Positions 25,831-37,463 of a stretch of DNA of 64,000 nucleotides are shown in pieces. A program made the position numbers and the translations under genes. Source of the stretch: Mytilus trossulus. Lineage: Eukaryota. The DNA lies in NCBI RefSeq assembly GCF_036588685.1, contig NC_086385.1, forward strand, positions 23,211,216 through 23,275,215, written 5' to 3'. Below the pieces are notes generated by a model. The model was not told the DNA's origin and ran no database searches. It worked only from the letters and a program-made list of their open reading frames with translations. The stretch's first letter is position 1. Every line of letters starts with the position of its first letter.

Positions 25831-27420
25831 AATTGACATTCTAAAAAAGTTGAGTGTAAATTCTTCTTCAATAGATCAGGAATGGCTAATATCTGCATTG
25901 TTAATAAAATTATAGTGAGCTATGTTTATAATTTATTATTATTATTTAATGTGTCTCTCCATGTCCCTTTCTTGTGTAATTTTAATCTGTACGGTGTGAA
26001 CCATATTCTTTCATTGAGGCCTTTTTTGTAAAAGAAATACCTAATTTTGATCCCTGCATGTAATATAGTTCAAAAATATATAAAATTGTTATTTCCTATA
26101 AATCTACCTACAGTTTATTATTTTAATGCTATTATGTGTTTATGCATTTGTTGTTCAAGATTCATTGATTGTAATAACAAATGAAATTTTAAAATTTATT
26201 CAAATGTTGGTCTGCTATATTTATCAGTCTATTATTATTCTATTATTTACACTTTGAGAAAAGCGCAAAAAGAATTGGAAGGCAAGAAGATGAAAAAAAA
26301 GATGAATTGATAGAAAAAGATTTTTTTTAGAAAAAAAATATGTAATATATATATTTAAATATTTTAACAGTGACTTACGTTGAATCGCATTTACACTAAA
26401 AAAAATATTGTGATTGCCTTCATTTAATGGTTTAAAGCAACTACATCTCATATAAAAAAAATTGGAATGGAAAAATACATCCTTGATAATTGTTATATGT
26501 TAATATATAATTCTTTCAGTGAAAGAAAAGATTTACATTGACTGTGATATTTTTATTCATTATTGATTATGAAATAAACTGTGATATAAACTGTGATATT
26601 GACTTGTAATGTATGTTTAATGAACAAAAAAAGAAATCCTCCCAGAATATTTTTAGTCATCAAATCTGGGTTTCTTTTTATTTGTAATTATATGAATTAT
26701 ATAAGTGAAAATTTTTGATTAAATCAAATGTATAGTCTTAAAAATTAATTTGAATGACTTCTTCTGAAAAGGGATCATATTAGAAGTTGAAATGAAGGTA
26801 TAAGTATGTTATTACAAGTTGAAGCAAACTGTAATCTTTTTTTTAATCAGAAGTTTTGAGAAACATTAGTTTGTGCCAAGGATTATTAAATTGATTTTTG
26901 CTATGATTTATTGTTCATTACTATTTTTAAAATGATGCATGAAATTATTTCTTTGGGTGCAGATGAACTGTTATGAAAACCTTTTTTAGGGTAGCAAAAG
27001 GGTTTTAAGATTAAAATTACTTAAACTAGAACAATAAAGTAATATTAATGTATTGAAATGAAAACCAAAATGTTATCATTGGATTTTTATTTCACTCAAA
27101 CTAGTATGTCTTGTATACATAAATAGATTATTTATAAGCTATTAAACCTGTGCACTGAATGGTTAAAGCATAACTATCTCCAAGAAATGAACTTTTATCA
27201 TTATTTATTTGATATTTAAAAAAAAAAAAAATTTGAAATCAATTGTAGGTTTTGAATACATTGTCTCCTAATATTATGATTAAATGCTGTACTTATATGC
27301 TTTTTGTATTACTTGAAAATAGAATAAAATTTGTATATGAAAAACGATTTTTTATTTCTATTCCAAAGTTTTGAAATTAGGATTGGGATGGGGGTTGAAG
27401 TTTGAAGGGTTATTGCCTAT

Positions 27421-30400
27421 TTACAATTCCATTCTCAACATCTCACATTCAATACAGGAACATATTGGTTTACAGTTGTTACAGCAGATATGACCCTTTA
27501 CATCTGTTTTTTCAAAGCCATACTGCTGTAGTAGGTATTCTCGAATGCAACCCTTTTCCCTACAAAAACCAATAATATCAGGCTTGATATCAACTACATT
27601 AGCAGCAATATCCCTATTGCTGTAATAAAGAACAGCATTGGCTGCATTCCCTGAACGACCAGCACGCCCAATCTCTTGGACATAATCTGACAGTGATCTT
27701 GGTGGACGTGCATGGATGACTCTCATAATTGATTGAGAATTAAACCCCATACCCACAACTGAGGTGCAAAACACAAGTTTTATCCTTGGGTTTACACAAG
27801 CCAACTCTTTAATTATATAATTTTTTACACTGTCATCCTGACCACTGCAGAGAACACCGTATACAGATGTTTCAAGGGTAGGTTTCTTGAATATATGTTT
27901 GCAGTAGGCAGCTGCATTGCCTATATACTGTAATGGCATAAATAACAAAGTAACTGGAAAAGTTTCCCTATTTTCAAACAAACTGTCACAAAGTGGCCTA
28001 TATATATTTTCATAGGACTCATAAATATCTAGGGATGCCTCTTTAAGTTTGATTTCCAGTAAAATGTTTTCCCTATCAGGACTTTCCTTAATAACTTTTG
28101 GATTTTTTATCCCTAAAGAACTAGTAACCGCCTTCTCTTCTTGTTTCGTGACAGTGGCACTAAGTCCCAATCTGGGTACTCCTGGAAAAAATCCTGGAAG
28201 CTCTTTCAGGTGTTCAAAAGCTTTCCTGAAGGATCTCCCCCTATTCATAAAAAAAGAAGTAATGATCATGCATTTTGATAATAACCATTTAATAAATAAA
28301 GTTAAATACACCACCACCAAATAAAAGGGATATAAGCAATATGAAATCATTTTTCCCAATAAAACTCTGATTTTATTAAATATGGTGTTAAAATTTGTGT
28401 TCTGTATTTGTTACAATTTTTGTTATCTACATGAAATAAATTTGAAAGAAAACCAATGAATCTAATAATCCAAGAATGAATAATATGATATTATTCATTC
28501 TTGGATTATTATTAATATCTATTATATTTCAAAAACAATACAGGTCACAGATAATTGGAAAAAATGCATTCACAGTGGAATGTTAATAGCTGAAATAATA
28601 TACATTGTTTGTCCGCAGTTGGAATTGAACCAACATACAGCAAAGTGTATTACCCTATAGATACAGACTTCTTTATAATGTATGTTGTTAGTAAGGGTGA
28701 GATAAAATGTAAATAAAAAATTAAGATAAAAGCATTAATTACTAAATGTTAACAAAAAGCTTTAAAAAACCACATTAAAAGCTTATACTAGCTGCATTAT
28801 AGAAGTTGACAGTGGATGAAAACAGGAAATTTAACCAGAAGCTAAAACATGTAAAATGCAGATATGCACTGAAAATAAATTAATAAAAAATAGGTCACCC
28901 AAGATCAATTTTACTTATTGTTAAGTTAAAAAAATGTCTTGCTACATGTTGCAGATAAATTCCATTAGGCCAACTGTAAGGAGTTTTGCTAGAAGTAATA
29001 AATATACAAAAAACATATACATTACTGGTAAGTCTTAACATTAGAAATGGAAATACATACCTTGCTTTCTCTTTTATACTTACATTATCTGTTTAAAACA
29101 TTTCAAACAGTATCAGTAAAATCTGATTCATGTCAAAATGTGAACTTTAAATCAATGGTAATATAAAAAAACAAAAACAACAAAATATTATTGAGGTTAT
29201 ATAAGTAATATTGATTTTTAAAATTGAAAAAAAAAAATGCCAGATCTTGAGAACAAGTTACAAATTTGATAAGAAAGGTGATAAGCCAGACTTTACTTTC
29301 AAAGAAATGACCAATGCTTGATAAAATATATAAACTATGTTAATCATTGACCAATATACAGGGTAACACACAACCAGGACAAAAGCTTAAAGAATTACGT
29401 TTAAATTGTTTTATAAAGTGTAATAGATGTCCATTAATGTCACCTAAAAAGTATGGAATGTTACCAGTATTTATTTATATATTCAATACATTTTGCTATT
29501 GTCCAGCAGAAAAAAGTTGTCAAACTGAATCTGAAATTAAAATACAACTAGAGCTGAAACGTACCAATCTGCAACTTTATGACATTCGTCAATAAAAATT
29601 GCCTTCACTGAAGATTTGAAACTACAAGAAATATAAAGTAAGAAAAACATGGAATTTTACTATTGACTGTTTTGGCCACTTGAATGTATTTTAAATGCAC
29701 ACATAACGTTGTTCTAAATTCATATTAAGATCAAAATTCTCAGTTCCATTATCATTATTTGTTGGCAAAATTTAACACGAATTTTCTGTAAATGGTTTTC
29801 AGAAAAAAAATGTGAAAAACTAAACTCTAAGGGATTGCTTAATTTTAACCAGACTGCAAAACCAACATTCCATTTTTATAGCATTATTGCTTTAAAGAAC
29901 AATTTAACATGGGAAAGAAGTGATGCATAAGTCAAAAATCTTTTTTTTTTAATTTCTTGATTATTTTTTCTATATATAATTAATACATGCATATAAATAG
30001 TTTAATACCTAGAGGAATCCAAGATATCATTTCCTTCTGAAGTACAGAAGAAGGCTTCTGGATGAGCAAATATTAAGTTACAATTGGATATATCTGAAGT
30101 ATCTATATCACACTTAAGATCTTGGATATTTTCCTCATTCCCTGCAGTCAACAGTCTTCCCTGTGGAATAAAGGAGCACAGTTAAACTATGTAAAACTAC
30201 CTACCAAGAATTATTAGATACTGAAACAGAAGAAATTAAATACATGTGTAGCCATCAATCAAGAATCATGATTTATGAATCTAGATTTTATCAAATTCAT
30301 GCCCCATTCAATGAATCAGAAACTACTTCTTGACGAAACCAAATACTTTTGAACATATGATACATGTACATGTAACTACAAGATTTAGAACAACCTTATA

Positions 30401-31485
30401 TATATATATGCATGTATATGTATAACCTGCAGTTGACAACTTGAAATATTAAGTACAGTATTTGAGTAAAAAAAAAAATTAACAGGTGAGCCATGCATAA
30501 GCATGTAACTGGTACCAGATTAACATGAATATCTCAAAGTCTTCAAATATCAGTTAACTTTAATTTGGTATGTTAGTAAAACTGTTTCGTCCCGGCCAAG
30601 GGTACTCATCAGGTGCCTTAAGGCTACCACTACAGTCATCTGTTACATATACATTTTTTTTAACTAATTATAAGAACAAATGGTATTAGTTAGTGATCAT
30701 CTCTTTGCACTCATATTCTGAAATATTTCACTTAAGAGATCTTTTAGACCTTAAAAAAAATATTTGAGGTGTTCATAAGGGTCTGTGGAGTTCAAAAAGT
30801 GGGGTGTTATAGACGTTTCTTTTCTGTTATCTGTAGATATTTGGACTCTTAGTCTTCTAATTTGTTGAATTAATAATTGGAATATTATAAATAAGTACCA
30901 ATTTAAACGATAAAAGTCAAAATAATAAACTTTTTTGGTGTTCGGTGGTGTGCGGTGGTGAAAAGACCTACCGGTTTATTTTGGCACCTTCTGCAGGAAA
31001 GAAAAAACTGGAAAGCAAAATCTAGTAAAGTTTTTAAAATTTCTGAAACGTTTACTTTAAAATAACTTTTATATATCTGCCATGCCTTAAAACTTTCCTA
31101 GATGTACCAGTTTCTCTACTCAAATAGTAAATTTTTAGGGGTAAACACGGCCATATTTTTAAATTCCTTATGATGAACCTGAAGAATAAGAGTAGATTTT
31201 TACCCTGGTATTTAATATACAACATTTCAGTGCTTCTGAGTTCTTCAACTGTTTTACTTGCTCTTCTTGGATGACACTGAGAGGTGAAAAAACAATCACA
31301 GTGCCGTCCAAGATTAGCGGAGCCAGTTGGTATATGAGGCTCTTTCCATAACCAGTTGGCAAAATCGCTACTGTTTCAAGTGTTCCTTTTCTGATTTCGT
31401 CCAACACTTCAATTTGTTTAGGTTTCAGTAGTATGTTAGGATGACCAAGTCCAAGACGTCTAAGCGGGATTTCGTAATCCGCCAT
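27421..31485 (-). CDS. RecQ-like SF2 helicase of AcademH, 4 exons, 436 aa, intact
   Basis: Exons 31485-31204, 30160-30009, 29621-29565 and 28240-27421 splice in frame (1311 nt). Motifs: LPTGYGKS, SPLSVI, AHPE, FIDECH, WGRSFR, LSAT, CTSVVGMG, YVQEIGRAGR, and a C-terminal CIR...CCNNC Zn-binding segment. Confidence 0.92.
28463..28511. repeat. Perfect 24-bp inverted repeat with 1-nt spacer
   Basis: TAATAATCCAAGAATGAATAATAT-G-ATATTATTCATTCTTGGATTATTA. Confidence 0.95.
28610..28668 (-). ncRNA. tRNA-like structure, copy 2 (59 nt), helicase intron 3
   Basis: The minus strand reads GTCTGTA TCTATAGGGTA ATACA CTTTGC TGTAT GTTGG TTCAATT CCAAC TGCGGAC A. The stems match copy 1; differences fall in loops or give a G-U pair. 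Confidence 0.6.
30581..30636 (-). ncRNA. Type III hammerhead ribozyme in helicase intron 1
   Basis: The minus strand reads ACTGT-A GTGGTAGCCTTAAGGCAC CTGATGA GTACCC-TTGGCC-GGGAC GAA-ACAGT. It has a complete CUGANGA/GAAA core, a GUA cleavage triplet, closed stems I and II, and an open stem III (ACUGU/ACAGU). Confidence 0.8.
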
Positions 31486-31566
31486 TTTTTACAAATAGCC
31501 CTTTCACCGCCTTAGATACTTCCGCTTGTCCGCCATGAGGAAATTTCCTCATGGAGTCAGCCAATC

Positions 31567-31641
31567 GTATGGCAGAGGTCATATTAAGTGTAGTATTGCG
31601 GAGCACGTAAGGAACGGATATGATCTCTGCGCCGGAGATTG
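31567..31641 (-). repeat. AcademH right terminal inverted repeat
   Basis: Reverse complement of the left TIR, followed directly by the TSD ATGGTAATG. Confidence 0.95.
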
Positions 31642-32222
31642 ATGGTAATGCTGCTCAACTAGTGCTCTTGCTTGACTCCATTGTGGACCATTACAAACAA
31701 GACCATAGAAACTGTCATCAAACATCTAGATACAAAAAAAATGACTATGTGCCGTCGCGAGATATTATTCGGGATCCAACAGCCGAGTTGTTGCTAAGGA
31801 ACAGTATAAAAAACCTTTATATTTATAAGCATCCAGAAAAGTATACTCATTGTCGTGACACTCATTATATTGAGAGTTATCATAATACAATTCTCATACA
31901 TGTGGATAAAAGGTTACATTATCATAATTTAATGTATGAAATTAAGTTGGGACTATCAATACTTGATTGGAATGAACATGTTGATAGACCTGCTTCATCA
32001 GTACAACACCGTGTGCAACATGACCATCCACGTCGACAATCTGGATATCGGGTTTTGACACCAAAACAATATACTTTTACAGATGAATTATGGAATAACT
32101 TTGTAAATCTGTTAAATCATGACCGCAATGACCAAATTGAGCCCGATGATGTTGAAAATGTTCAAATAGACCAAAATGATACAATTGGTAGTGAATATGA
32201 AGATTCAGATGATGATGAGTAA
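31642..32222 (+). pseudogene. Kolobok-type DDE transposase, 3' part
   Basis: Continues the 5' part in frame once AcademH is removed: GNAAQLVLLLDSIVDHY..DH..CH...RDTHYIESYH (catalytic E)...DKRLHY...LSILDWNEHVDR, ending in an acidic tail. Confidence 0.8.
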
Positions 32223-33798
32223 ACTGTGATATATCTATATGTATAATTTATTAGTATAATTAAATTGTTGTTTGTGCATTATTATTATCTTCTTTTGTTT
32301 ATTGAAAAACATAATACTGATCGCAAAATTTTGAATTGCAAAAACTTATGAAACACAATAAGATGATTTCTTTCACACAATACTGTAAACTCTGAAAATG
32401 TAGATAAAATTACAAATTTGGATGCATAACTTTATGAACTACCTAAGATGTGATGATGCTCAAGGCCAAAATAATTATTTAATCAACAATTACCTAAACA
32501 ATATGGAAGACCAAATAAAAAACTATCTATTAAAGTACAAAGTGATGCAGGAGAGATTCTTTTTTTTGTTGCTAAATTTGAATAAAATCAACATGAAAGA
32601 AACTTTCAAACATTTGCTGTGAAAACATTAAAAATCTTAAATTTACCGAATAATGCATAAACATTAAACTTTAAACTATCAATTATTTGTCCAAAGAATG
32701 GAATTATGATTCTATATAGGTATACAGAGAGTTTATTCCATGTCATCACTTCAAAAGATAATTATGTGTAAAACACTTTATATAATTATCTTTATTGAAA
32801 CTTTACACACCATTGTTTTGGTTACATTCCACTTCAACATTTGTGGCTGTACCTAAATGACTGCCATTAATAACCTTTAACAAGACAGATACTGCTTTAC
32901 CCCACTTTCGCTATCAGCTGGAGATGGCAAGTAACTTGTGATAAAACTTGGACACTGACAGCTATGTTATTGGGGTTTAAACCACTTTTTCTATTGGAAT
33001 TTTAAACACATTCTTAATAAATTTAAAACCTAAGATTTTTACATTGTTAATATAAAGAAACTTCACGTCAACGTTTTAAGTAAGATAAGTTTTCCTTATA
33101 CATTATTTACAGAACATCTTAACATCCTTTAAAGATAAACAAAGGAAACTATTGTTAAAACCTGTGAAGTTGATTCAGGGAATATAGATAATTTTATACA
33201 ACAGATTGTTTATAGTTTTTTTTTATATTCTAATTTAAACTTTGTATTTATGTAACACGTTAATAACCGACTTTTACCCTTCGAAAAAAGCGGGTTTCTA
33301 CAATGTAGTACAAAACAACAACACCTTCAATTTTCGTTTTGTCGCCCACATTTGGTTGACCTACAATGACAGATTTTATTCAGTCTAATTCGAATGGGAA
33401 ATCAGAATGTGAAAGTGTTTGAAATAGCGTACTCATTGACGCCTTTCTGCGTAAACATTTCTGTATCATAATCCACACGTGCTTATCATTTGAATCTGAA
33501 ATACTTAAAACATTTGAAACACTTGCTTTGAACAACCGTATCCCATTGGGAAATAGTGTTCATGTACATTACATGTATGAGGTCGAGTTTCCAATTGGTG
33601 GATTAAGGCTTACTATAAATCGGAACTTTGTGCGGAAAAACAAATTCGCAGATAAATGTAATTGATAATTTTACCGGTAATACCATAACCAGTTGCCTTA
33701 TTTATAAAAAAGAAATATGCTAGTAACAAATATTGGAAATCCAAGAAAAGTCAAACTCAGCAAACAAATGGAAAACTACTGTTATATTTCTGACTTAT

Positions 33799-34144
33799 GG
33801 TGGAGATTTATTTCCCCGAGGGTATCACAAGCCAAGTAGTCAGCAATTTTTGTGCTGACATGAATTGTCATTAATATGGTTATATTTATCAATTTAATTT
33901 ACTGTTTACAAATTTTTGAATTTTTTGAAATACTAAGGCTTTTCTACCTCAGGCATAGATAACCTTAGCTGTATTTGGCAAAACTTTTAGGAATTTTGGT
34001 CCTCAATGCTCTTCAACTTAAAGTTCGTACTTTATTTGGCATTTTGAACTTTTTGGGATTCGAGCGTCACTGATGAGTCTTTTGTAGACGAAACGCGCGT
34101 CTGGCGTATATACTAAATTAAGTCCTGGTATCTATGATGAGTTT
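33799..34144 (+). repeat. About 350-bp dispersed repeat carrying a minimal type I hammerhead (retrozyme-like)
   Basis: Homologous copies at about 43205-43540, 47600-47735 and 58064-58270. Degenerate inverted copies near 41380-41680, 49495-49660 and 54690-54965. Confidence 0.85.
34065..34106 (+). ncRNA. Minimal type I hammerhead ribozyme (intact core)
   Basis: CGTCA CTGATGA GTCT-TTTGT-AGAC GAAAC GCGC GTC TGGCG, with a palindromic short stem III and a GUC cleavage site at 34101. Confidence 0.85.
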
Positions 34145-34958
34145 AATTAGTAAAGGCATTTTTTTATGTAAAAAATGGTGAATTAAATCTGGTATTTAGC
34201 TAATTTTACCACTGTAAATAAGAAGCTATAACAGACGCATACACGAAGATCAGAAGGATTTTGTGGCATTAATAGATATAGGAAGATGTGGTGTGAGTGC
34301 CAACGAGACAACTCTCCATCCAAATAACAATTTTAAAAAAGTAAACCATTATAGGTCAATGTACGGCCTTCAACACGGAGCCTTGGCTCACACCGAACAA
34401 CAAACTATAAAGGGCCCCCAAATTACTAGTGTAAAACCATTCAAACGGGAAAATTTTCTAAAGGGAACTGTGACTGAACAATTTTGTTTGATTTTAACAA
34501 TTATTGAAAATCCTTCCAATCAATAAATTCGTTGTATATTACGTATATCCTTAATACGTGCTAACAGTTTGTGTCTTGGGTTAAGTTTTTTTTAGTTGAG
34601 ACTGGCTTTGAAAAAGAGGGAAGTAACTGCAAGTATTCTTAAATAAATATTCGTGTTTTGTGCTTTTGACATTTTACTTATTTATACAGAGTTCGTACTT
34701 ATATTAATTAATCAATACATCACTTGTATTTAAATTTCATATCATGATTGTTTTGTTTATTTGTTAATTGATACATTAGGTTAATAAAATACATCATGCA
34801 CATAGCTTTAAATTTTTTTTTTTTTTTCATTTTTTCAGTAATGAATTTTCAATTTTATTAGATTACACATTACTGTAGGTGTTTCTATTATATATTTGTG
34901 ACTGTCCTTTCGTTGTACACTGATTTGTTTTTGATTCATTTAAATAATATATATATTG

Positions 34959-37024
34959 CAGTGGTTGTCATGGATAAATCTGCCTATATTAAAGAGGCTG
35001 AACGACAACTTGGCGATGCAAGGTTCTACCAAAAACTAGACTCTGATCCTACAACATCTTTTAGCAGAGAAATTACTGTTAGTTTGGTAGAAATGCATGA
35101 CGATGGTTTCATCGATGACAAAACTCTTGAATATTTGAAACCAGAAAATCCAAAACCGGGCAGATTTTATCTTTTACCTAAAATTCATAAGGCCAATAAC
35201 CCAGGAAGACCTATAGTTTCAGCGAACGGTCATCCGACGGAAAAAAATATCGGAATTTGTTGACTTCCATCTTCGTCAACATGTTGAAGACTTACCATCT
35301 CACATCAAAGATACAACCGATTATCTAAGAAAAATGCAGGCCTTAAATCCACTCCCCTCCGACACGACTCTTGTTTCCATGGATGTCACCTCCCTCTACA
35401 CTAATATTCCACATGCAGATGGCATCGATGCATGTAAAGAAGTTTGGAATTCCAGACCAGTGAAATAGCCTGGTCAAAATGTTCACGCTGGTACTTAAAA
35501 AAAAAACAACTTCACTTTTGATGGAGATCATTATTTGCAAGTAAATGGAACTGCCATGGGCACCAAAATGGCTCCGTCATATGCCAACATATTTATGGGC
35601 AAATTAGAGAAACAACTCCTTGAAACTTCCATCGAAAAACCGCTTTCCTGGTTTAGATTTATAGATGATGTGGATATGGAATGGAATAAAAGCAACGAGG
35701 ATTTAGATACTGTTATCACTCATGCCAACAACATACATCCTAGTATCAAATTTACTCATGAGAAGTCTAAATCCAAAATCGCCTTCCTCGATACTTCAAG
35801 TTCGCTCACAGAAGGCATCATATCTACAGATTTTTATTCTAAACCTACTGACACTGATCAATATTTGTCCCCTAAAAGTTGCCATCCTGCTCATCTTACC
35901 AAGAGCATCCCATACAGTCAGGCACTTAGAGTCAAGCGAATATGTTCCAACACAGAAACAACTAAAAGACAACTACGTCAACTTGAAACTCGCTTGAAGA
36001 AAAGGGGCTACAAACACAGAAATATCAAAAAAAGCTTTCAGAAAGCGGAGTCAATTCCGAGGAGTGAACGTTTGGAATATAAAGTTAAAAAGAAAAATAA
36101 AAGGACTCCATGTGTTCTTACTTACCACCCATCTCTCAAAAACAGCTTTGGTGTCATTCATGAGCATTGGAAATCAGTTGAAAAGAATTCCAAACTATCC
36201 AATATTTTTCCCGAGCCTCCAATGATAGCTTTTAGGCAACCTAGTAGTCTGCGGAACCTGCTGGTGCGGGCTGAAGTGTCTGATAATAGAAGTACTTCTG
36301 GAGAATGTCGTTCGTGTGAGGAAAAATGCTGCAAATGCTGCCTACAGATGCAGCATTCATCAACATTTCACAGTAAGGCAACCGAAAACAACTATAAGAT
36401 ATTTTGCAATGTTACCTGCAAAAGTATGAATGTTATTTACATACTAGAATGTTCGGTTTGTGGCCTCCAATATGTTGGTGAGTCAGAGCAGCCTTTCCAC
36501 AAACGCCTCAATGGCCATGGGAGTGATATCTCTAAGAAGCCACTTCTCCCAGTTTCTCAGCACTTCAGACAGTCGGGTCACGAACCTGATGACTTTAACC
36601 GCATGAAAATTCTAGTGATTGAACAGAACATTCACTGGAGTGATGCCCAGTGACAGGTTCGGGAAAGCTTTTGGATAAAGGAACTTAATGTACATCATCC
36701 AAACGGCATCAATAAGAAATACTAACGGTTTTGTTTTTCACTCATTTTTATTGTTAATATACACAGTCACGTATATTGAATTATAGTGTTTTGTTTTTAT
36801 TATTATATTCAGGATTTTGGATTAAAATCAATCGACCAAAAACTTACCTGTATTATTACCGATCTATTTTTACACCTTATACATTATGTATCAGTATTGT
36901 TAAAACTTGTGACACTTGAAGAAGGCCATTTGTTGAGCCGAAATATTTGTCAACACGATGTAATAACAACATTTTCGTATTATAACATCTTATATCAGTA
37001 CCGATGTGCAAATCTTTAGACTAA
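34959..37024 (+). mobile_element. 5'-truncated Penelope-like element (RT plus GIY-YIG endonuclease), disrupted
   Basis: Coding remnant 34959-36725: FYLLPKIHK...[51 protein letters not shown], CxxC..CxCC and NVIYILEC..CGLQYVGES (GIY-YIG). It has frameshifts near 35245 and 35500 and stops. Both ends are flanked by TAAT(AT)nTG. Confidence 0.9.
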
Positions 37025-37463
37025 TATATATATATTGGGTTGATGTTTAGACGAGTTGTATATATATTATTACACAGCCATGTATCACCATCATGGCGAT
37101 CCGATGGATACATCTGTTGTAGAGTTGTCACTGACTCCGACGTACTTATAAATATAATTATTTTCTGTGACTGTATATTACATTAATTTGTAGGATCCTT
37201 TACTATAGATAATTTAGCTGATCTGTAACAATAACATCTTCATGCCTTATATATCATGTACTGTAGTACGCCGCTAGATTAAAACTGACGAGGAAAGGTA
37301 ACACACGGCCAGCGGAAGCTCTTTTTTTTAGTCTAAATATTTGCACATCGGTACTGATATAAGATGTTATAATACGAAAATGTTGTTATCAAATCGTGTT
37401 GACAAATATTTCGGCTCAACAAATGGCCTTCTTCAAGTGTCACAAGTTTTAACAATACTGATA
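36889..37463. repeat. About 136-bp inverted repeat (Penelope pLTR-like end duplicated in inverted orientation)
   Basis: 36889-37024 is the near-perfect reverse complement of 37328-37463, with a spacer of about 300 bp. It includes a hammerhead-like variant CTTGAAGA-AGGC...GCC-GAAA. Confidence 0.85.

Larger units (their letters stand above)
11769..31641. mobile_element. Full-length AcademH DNA transposon (transposase plus RecQ-like helicase), 19,873 bp
   Basis: TIRs 11769-11846 and 31567-31641 (CAATCTCCGGCGCAGAGATCA..TATCCGTTCC...AATATGACCTCTGCCATAC). Identical 9-bp flanks ATGGTAATG at 11760-11768 and 31642-31650. Two convergent genes. A 9-10-bp TSD plus an SF2 helicase is the described AcademH signature. 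Confidence 0.93.

Noticed and set aside
28241-28359. Transmembrane-like N-terminus on the helicase ORF
   Set aside because: This is intron sequence upstream of the AG acceptor at 28241-28242; splicing supplies the DECH exon in frame.
31620-31641. Start of the 200-aa ORF as an independent gene
   Set aside because: The ATG lies in the AcademH TIR; the rest is the 3' half of the interrupted Kolobok transposase.
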